DNA of 64,000 nt from Planctomycetota bacterium (lineage in GTDB: Bacteria; Planctomycetota; UBA1135), in the NCBI GenBank assembly GCA_045047305.1, contig JASFYO010000019.1:5405-69404 (forward strand). The letters run 5' to 3'. Under the pieces are notes generated by a model. It worked only from the letters and a program-made list of their open reading frames with translations. It ran no database searches and had not been told where the DNA came from. Below are positions 58,598-64,000 of this stretch, in pieces (positions within the stretch are counted from its first letter, which is position 1; every line of letters begins with the position of its first letter). The position numbers and the translations under genes were made by a program.

Positions 58598-60871
58598 TCA
58601 GTCTCGTTTTAGTAAGTCGTTTATGGTGTTGATGAATTTGTCATCTTGGAAGCATCCCTTGGTGAGGTAGCAATTTGCGCCGACCTCTAATCCGCGCGCG
58701 CAATCTTCGGCATGGTCCTTATAGGAAATGATGACGACAGGTAGACCCTGCAACTTTTGGTCGGCTCGAATTCGCTTTACGAACTCAATGCCGTCCATGC
58801 GTGGCATATCAACATCGCTAATGACCAAATCGAAGTCGCCTCCGCGCAATGCATTCCAGCCATCGATTCCATCGACAGCTAGCACGACATCGTGCCCCTG
58901 CGTTTCGAGAATCTGACGTTGCACTTCGCGCACGGTGAGCGAGTCGTCAACCACAAGTATCCGGCTACGCAAGTGTTGCTGTTTCTCTTTCGCCGAAGAG
59001 TTCGTTTTGGTAAGACGTCCAGAGCGAAGCAGCCTTTCCGCCGACTGAAGCAGGTCTTCCAAGTCCAGGATAAGGGCAAGGGAACCATCTTCGAGGATTG
59101 TGCCTGCGTTGACGTCGTTGACTCGGCCGAGGACCTCGGGGAGAGGAAGAACGCGTAGTTGTTTCTCTTCTACCAAGGCATCGACAATCAATCCATATCG
59201 TTTATCCCGGTCACGAATCACGATGACTTGAAAGGAGGTTTCGTCCTGATTACTGGGATCTAACTCCAACACTTGACTTGCTCGAATCAGGCAGACCAAA
59301 TCACCATGATGGCGGAAGCATGGTTTTCCTTCGAGGTCTACAACGTCGGACAAGGAGACTTCGACCGCAGCTTCGATGCGGTTCAGTGGCAAGCCGAACT
59401 TCTGGCCGCTTATTTCCACCAACAAAGCTCTAACCAGGGAGAGCGTGACTGGCAACTGAAGTTCCAGGCGGGCGCCTTTCCCAAGAGTTGAAATCATTCT
59501 GGCAGTACCACCAACTTCGTTGACGGCATCTCGTACTGCGTCGAGGCCAACTCCACGACCTGAAATCGCAGTGACTTCTTCTTTCATCGAGAAGCCTGGC
59601 AGGAAGAGAAACTCCATGAGCTCTTCATCGCTAAAGTTCCGTGCCATGCCGTCTGGGGCCAAGCCTTTCACTTCTACAGCTTTCCGAATTTGCTCGACGC
59701 AGATGCCGCGTCCATCATCTTCAACTGAAATGAACAGCATGCCATTGCTGTGGCGGGCCTCTAATACAAGATGCGCTTCGGCTGGTTTGCCAGCGGCCTC
59801 CCGTTCTTGCGGGGATTCAATGCCGTGATCTAGCGCATTGCGTAACATATGACCTACAGGGGCATCGATTTTGGCAAGGATTTCGCGGTCGACTCTTGCG
59901 GCCTCACCGCGTACTTCAAAATTCACTTGTTTGCCGAGTTCGCGCGCGACATCTCGGACCATCCGACGTTGCCCCGAGAGCGTACTTGAAAATGGACGCA
60001 TGCGACAATCGAGTACCTGTTGATATAATTCTTGAGACGTTTCTGTAGAGCGGCTGGTGCGCGATTCCATTTCCTCGAGAAGATGATCAATCAAGTCATG
60101 GCACTGGCTCAGTCCAGAACGCATGTTCATTACGGCTTTTCTTGCGGCAGCGCCTTCATCCTTGTCACTGCTTGCTTGGGAAGTGTGACTCAGTAAGTCT
60201 AAGTGCTTGCACTTTAGTTGGCGCAGACGGCTTGCTGCGGGTGAAATCCAACGCGACTCGACTAAGACCTCACTGGCAAGTCCCAGTAAGTGATCCAGGT
60301 TGTCGGCGGAAATCTGTACAGAGAGTTCGTTGTGCTGTAAATCTTCAGGCTTAGCGCCATTCGCCTTGGATTCATTCTCTGGCGAAGAAGTCGCCAGCGG
60401 TTTTGAGACCTGTTGCGGAGGGGTAACCTTGCCCGCAACAGGGAGCGATACTTCCAGCTTCAACTCAACGGAGCCAATCTGTTCCAATGCTAGGGCTAAG
60501 GCTTGAAGTTCTTGCACTCCTTCGGCGCCGAGGTTTTGCAAATTTTCATCACTCGCTATAGCCATCTCACTAAAAAGATCGGCGCACTTTAGAATGAGGT
60601 CGAAGTCGTTAGCGGCGAGCGTGACCTTCCCTTCTTGCGCTGCGACGAAGCTAGTTTCCAAACTATGCGCTACCTCTACAACCGGTTCAATCCCGATGAT
60701 GCGTGCCGCACCCTTGATGGAATGCGCGGCACGCATGAGCTTTTCCAATTTAGCGGGTGATTCGCCAGCAGACTCAATGGCAAGGGTTTGTTCACTAATC
60801 ACGGCCGAGTTCGCTTCCATCTCCTGACGAAACAAACTCAACATGGTTGGGTCTTGTCGGTAGTCGTTCAT
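58598..60871 (-). CDS. cheA: CheA-REC hybrid kinase (WspE-like)
   Basis: Hpt RAAHSIKGAAR, HMLRNALDHGIE, SGRGVGLD, CheW domain and C-terminal REC. Confidence 0.93.
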   Translation of the reverse strand: MNDYRQDPTMLSLFRQEMEANSAVISEQTLAIESAGESPAKLEKLMRAAHSIKGAARIIGIEPVVEVAHSLETSFVAAQEGKVTLAANDFDLILKCADLFSEMAIASDENLQNLGAEGVQELQALALALEQIGSVELKLEVSLPVAGKVTPPQQVSKPLATSSPENESKANGAKPEDLQHNELSVQISADNLDHLLGLASEVLVESRWISPAASRLRQLKCKHLDLLSHTSQASSDKDEGAAARKAVMNMRSGLSQCHDLIDHLLEEMESRTSRSTETSQELYQQVLDCRMRPFSSTLSGQRRMVRDVARELGKQVNFEVRGEAARVDREILAKIDAPVGHMLRNALDHGIESPQEREAAGKPAEAHLVLEARHSNGMLFISVEDDGRGICVEQIRKAVEVKGLAPDGMARNFSDEELMEFLFLPGFSMKEEVTAISGRGVGLDAVRDAVNEVGGTARMISTLGKGARLELQLPVTLSLVRALLVEISGQKFGLPLNRIEAAVEVSLSDVVDLEGKPCFRHHGDLVCLIRASQVLELDPSNQDETSFQVIVIRDRDKRYGLIVDALVEEKQLRVLPLPEVLGRVNDVNAGTILEDGSLALILDLEDLLQSAERLLRSGRLTKTNSSAKEKQQHLRSRILVVDDSLTVREVQRQILETQGHDVVLAVDGIDGWNALRGGDFDLVISDVDMPRMDGIEFVKRIRADQKLQGLPVVIISYKDHAEDCARGLEVGANCYLTKGCFQDDKFINTINDLLKRD

Positions 60872-61518
60872 CCCAGCCTCCTTTCAATTGCTTGGCTCAG
60901 TTTGGTTGAATCCAAACAGGACACCTGGTGGCCTTCACATGGAATAATTCGCGAGGACAAGGTGGGCGAATCGGAAACGGAACATCCAGGCGGATCCATC
61001 GAACCCCCTTGCGAGGTGAAGGATGGTTGCTTGATTTCTTCCACCGGAAAAACCACTTCTTGTCCCATCAGTTTGGTGACAATCATAGGCCTGGTTGCCT
61101 TGTCCCGTTCCTTGCTGGCCGAGATTCCTAAAAGCCCAGCCAAAGAAACGCAAGGCAGTAGGCGCCCGCCAACATTGACCAACCCTTCAAGAGCCCACGG
61201 GTCGCGATGTGGAACCGAGCAAATCGGTGCGGGTGGTATAACTTTCATGCATAAAGCAAGTGGCAGGCCGAACCATTCCCCGCCAAGAGTGAATACCATG
61301 ACTGGATCTCCATTCTGGATTTTCGCAAGCCTCGGCTGAGCCAGCAAATCGGTCGCTTCTGCGACCTCCTCATCGGACTGAGCACGATCCAAAAGGCCTC
61401 TTCCCGCATCTTGATAATATTTGCAGTTGTAGCAATGTGTGAGCTCGTCAAGGAGCTCGCAGCGTGGAGATTGGTTGCCCCAAACTCCGATGGTATTCCA
61501 GCAGCGGTCAGTTTTCAT
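60868..61518 (-). CDS. cheW: CheW-like adaptor (WspD-like)
   Basis: N-terminal CWNTIGVWG...C...HCYNC motif characteristic of WspD, followed by a CheW domain. Confidence 0.88.
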   Translation of the reverse strand: MKTDRCWNTIGVWGNQSPRCELLDELTHCYNCKYYQDAGRGLLDRAQSDEEVAEATDLLAQPRLAKIQNGDPVMVFTLGGEWFGLPLALCMKVIPPAPICSVPHRDPWALEGLVNVGGRLLPCVSLAGLLGISASKERDKATRPMIVTKLMGQEVVFPVEEIKQPSFTSQGGSMDPPGCSVSDSPTLSSRIIPCEGHQVSCLDSTKLSQAIERRLG

Positions 61519-62756
61519 GATGTCAGATTCTCCGCGTCTGAGAAGTCAGCTGGCGCTTGCAATGCTGCACGCGCGGCCAAGAGAGAAGCGAGCTTGGCAT
61601 CTCCTTCACGTTGCGTAAGAAAGGAAAGGGCGATTAAAGCGTCGTAGTGATTGGAATCCAATTCCAGTGCGAGCTCAAAGTTGTGCTTTGCTAAATTTGA
61701 GGCTCCGAGTGATTGGGCACTTAAGCCAAGCAAGAAGAGGGTATTTGCACTTTGTCCGTTTTCGATTAAATCTCGCTCACAAAGTTCAACCGCCTCCACC
61801 AATTTTCCACAATCGGCGGCCTGCTTTGCTTGCCGCCATAAAGAAATCATGGACGTGTCCGCGGATGCTTGCGTTGGAGCGTTGGATCTTTTGGGCGCCG
61901 CCATCACCTTTTTGGGGGAGGCCTTTTTTGCTCTTAGCTTGGGTGCAGGCTTTGTTTCTTGGGTATTTTTTTTGCGAAAGGCAAAGGCGCCCGGATGCCT
62001 GATTGGCGTCAAGGTGTCTGATGGGGCCGCAGGGGCCTCACCGTGTCCCAACATTAAAACACCGTCTTCTTTCACCATGGCGGCTAGTTTTTTGAGAGCA
62101 AGCGTTTGATTCTCACGAGAAAAGTAAATTAGGAGATTGCGGCACAGCACAAGATCGTATTCCCCTTGAGGAGGAATGTAGTTCTCATCTAATAGATTGC
62201 CAAAGTGAAAGCGAACACTTGCACGAGGCTTTGCCTTGAGTTGAAAACTCCCTTCGGATTGGTCGAAGTAAGAAAGCTGCTTTCGGGCATCAAGGTTGCG
62301 AAATGCCCTGGTCTGATAGGTGGCTTTACGAGCAATGTTGAGTGCGCGGTGGCTTACATCGACGGCATCAATCGAAAAGTCTTGTGGGCTGTATCCTGCG
62401 TTTAACATGGCGATAGCGATGGAGTAAGGCTCTTCGCCTGTGGAACAGGGTAAGCTCAGTATTTTCAAAACCGGACGATTTAGCCAGTAGGGGTTTTCCT
62501 TGAGTAGATGCTCGGTAATGAAATGGTAAGAGTCTGGATAACGGAAGAAGTATGTCTCCGGGATGACCACTTCTTGAATCAGGTTCTGCCCTTCTTCTGC
62601 GTTATTAAGAATCATTTGGGCATAAACATCCAATTGGCCGCAACTTATTGCACGCATGCGTCTTTGAACTGAAGCACGGACAACCCGGGTACCGAGAGCC
62701 TCCGGGTCAAGGCCGATGGCTTCTTCCAGAAACTTTTGCAGAGAATCGAGGCTCAC
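61515..62756 (-). CDS. cheR: CheR methyltransferase with TPR tail (WspC-like)
   Basis: ETYFFR, CSTGEEPYS, CRNLLIYF and C-terminal TPRs. Confidence 0.92.
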   Translation of the reverse strand: MSLDSLQKFLEEAIGLDPEALGTRVVRASVQRRMRAISCGQLDVYAQMILNNAEEGQNLIQEVVIPETYFFRYPDSYHFITEHLLKENPYWLNRPVLKILSLPCSTGEEPYSIAIAMLNAGYSPQDFSIDAVDVSHRALNIARKATYQTRAFRNLDARKQLSYFDQSEGSFQLKAKPRASVRFHFGNLLDENYIPPQGEYDLVLCRNLLIYFSRENQTLALKKLAAMVKEDGVLMLGHGEAPAAPSDTLTPIRHPGAFAFRKKNTQETKPAPKLRAKKASPKKVMAAPKRSNAPTQASADTSMISLWRQAKQAADCGKLVEAVELCERDLIENGQSANTLFLLGLSAQSLGASNLAKHNFELALELDSNHYDALIALSFLTQREGDAKLASLLAARAALQAPADFSDAENLTS

Positions 62757-63244
62757 CCTTCTTGCTCCCTATAAAGGGAAGCGGAGATGTCCAAAATCTC
62801 TTGCGGGATGATGGTTGAAAGTTCGAGAATCTGCAGCACTCCATTCTCGTCCTTGCCGAAGGCATGGGTTGAGGGAGAAGTATTTCCGCACCGCGAAACT
62901 TGATTCTTCAATCTTGTCGTTGTCTGAATCCCCTCTGCCAACACACCAAGCCGAGTCGTGTCGTCGAGGCTCGCGAGAACGATGCGCGTGCTTTGACGGC
63001 GTTCACTCACCTTCCCCGAGATCAGTAATCCTAGATCCACAACCGGGATGAGGGTTCCGTGGAAATCGAGCAATCCTGCGAGACTGTTGGGGCCATGCGG
63101 GATTTGGCGAAGATCCGCACAGGGAACGACTTCAAGGATGTTCTTCACCGGTAGGCAAAAGCGGCCGCCAGCTGGACCGATTTGGAGGAATAGCCCCCCC
63201 TGGTCTGCGAGGTTCGCTGGGTTTGCATCCGAATCAGCAATCAT
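62753..63244 (-). CDS. cheW: CheW-like adaptor (WspB-like)
   Basis: ILEVVP...LAGLLDFHGTLIPVVDL and STRIVL. Start uncertain (up to 63283). Confidence 0.85.
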   Translation of the reverse strand: MIADSDANPANLADQGGLFLQIGPAGGRFCLPVKNILEVVPCADLRQIPHGPNSLAGLLDFHGTLIPVVDLGLLISGKVSERRQSTRIVLASLDDTTRLGVLAEGIQTTTRLKNQVSRCGNTSPSTHAFGKDENGVLQILELSTIIPQEILDISASLYREQEG

Positions 63245-63510
63245 TTGGTGCTCCCGACTGAGTTTTAAGCCACTTTTTAACACAAGGTACTATCGGAAAT
63301 GAGGCTTGCATACCTTAAGCGGCAAAATCAGAGCTGCTTTGTTTGCAACGCTCCGGCGCTCTGGCCATGCTGAAGAGCAAGGCGCTGGATGAATGGATCG
63401 CTTTCTCAGAAAAGATGGTGCTCGGTCTAAACCGGGGGGGCAAAGAAGGCCGATAGATGCACGCCACTGAGTTTTTTGCTCTGGGGCCGCTTAACCTTGA
63501 CTTTGAAAAG

Positions 63511-64000
63511 ATGAAACTGTTCTCAAATCTAACCATCGCCCCCAAGCTTGCCATCATGCTGGCTTTGCCCATTTTGGGTTTGGGGTTCTTTTCTTCCCAA
63601 TCAATTCGTCAGGATTGGCAGGAAGTTCAAGCAATGGAAACGGTGGAAGAATCCGCTGGGTTGGTCGCCGAGATGAGCGAGTTGGTTTTTCGACTTCAGG
63701 CAGAAAGAGGACTGACAAGGTCACACCTGATAGCGAAGCATGAGCTCTTTGAACAGGAGTTGGCTGCAGCTCAAAAAGATACGGATGAAGCTCTTTCTGC
63801 ATGGAAGACATATTCAGCTGCGACAAGTTTTGAGCATATTTCCGATGAAGCCCAGACGGCCTTAATTGTGTCGAAAGCGAAATTGGAATCACTGGCGTCC
63901 TCTCGGAGCGCAGCACTTCAGCCTGGCGCTCATCAAGCAGGCGCGGTTTATGCGAACTACGTGCAAATCATCGACGCGCAAATGGACGTGATTCATCATC
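63511..64000 (+). CDS. Membrane sensor with NIT-like (nitrate/nitrite-sensing) domain, probably an MCP or kinase; truncated at window end
   Basis: Translated by hand: MKLFSNLTIAPKLAIMLALPILGLGFFS (TM1)...SELVFRLQAERG...ELAAAQKDTD. Open to base 64000 and absent from the ORF track. Confidence 0.75.
   Translation, partial: MKLFSNLTIAPKLAIMLALPILGLGFFSSQSIRQDWQEVQAMETVEESAGLVAEMSELVFRLQAERGLTRSHLIAKHELFEQELAAAQKDTDEALSAWKTYSAATSFEHISDEAQTALIVSKAKLESLASSRSAALQPGAHQAGAVYANYVQIIDAQMDVIHH

Noticed and set aside
63315-63916. Minus-strand ORFs 63315-63572 and 63554-63916 as the missing MCP
   Set aside because: No TM or MCP features. They are largely antisense to the plus-strand NIT-like ORF.

Overview
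A 64 kb, gene-dense bacterial chromosome segment. It is inferred to be Planctomycetota/PVC from a PVC-type heme-c dehydrogenase and an ECF sigma factor with a long C-terminal extension. No CRISPR array, rRNA, integrase or transposase was seen. Core genes are glnA, clpB, groES/groEL, pdxA, pdxJ, rsmD, nagA, a type I phosphomannose isomerase, an RluB-type pseudouridine synthase, an aminotransferase and tRNA-Leu(GAG). Most notable: (1) clpB and a receiver-domain gene upstream of groES-groEL carry the same 42-bp promoter design, a sigma54 -24/-12 box plus a GGACTGCC-N5-GGC element at identical spacing, suggesting a sigma54 chaperone regulon with its own operator. (2) A Wsp-type chemosensory cluster has the WspR receiver fused to a hybrid histidine kinase instead of GGDEF, and sits divergent from a NIT-like receptor ORF missing from the ORF track. 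(3) An ECF locus combines a degenerate sigma-like gene, a soluble zinc-binding/TPR anti-sigma and a secreted partner. (4) Three tandem LolA-like exported paralogues all end in an acidic tail plus Phe, one matching the SSB C-terminal tip (DDEDIPF). (5) A five-module dehydrogenase-ThuA-FGE fusion. (6) Many apparently leaderless and bidirectional promoters. All calls come from motif recognition by eye, no database searches were run, and several start codons are my estimates.
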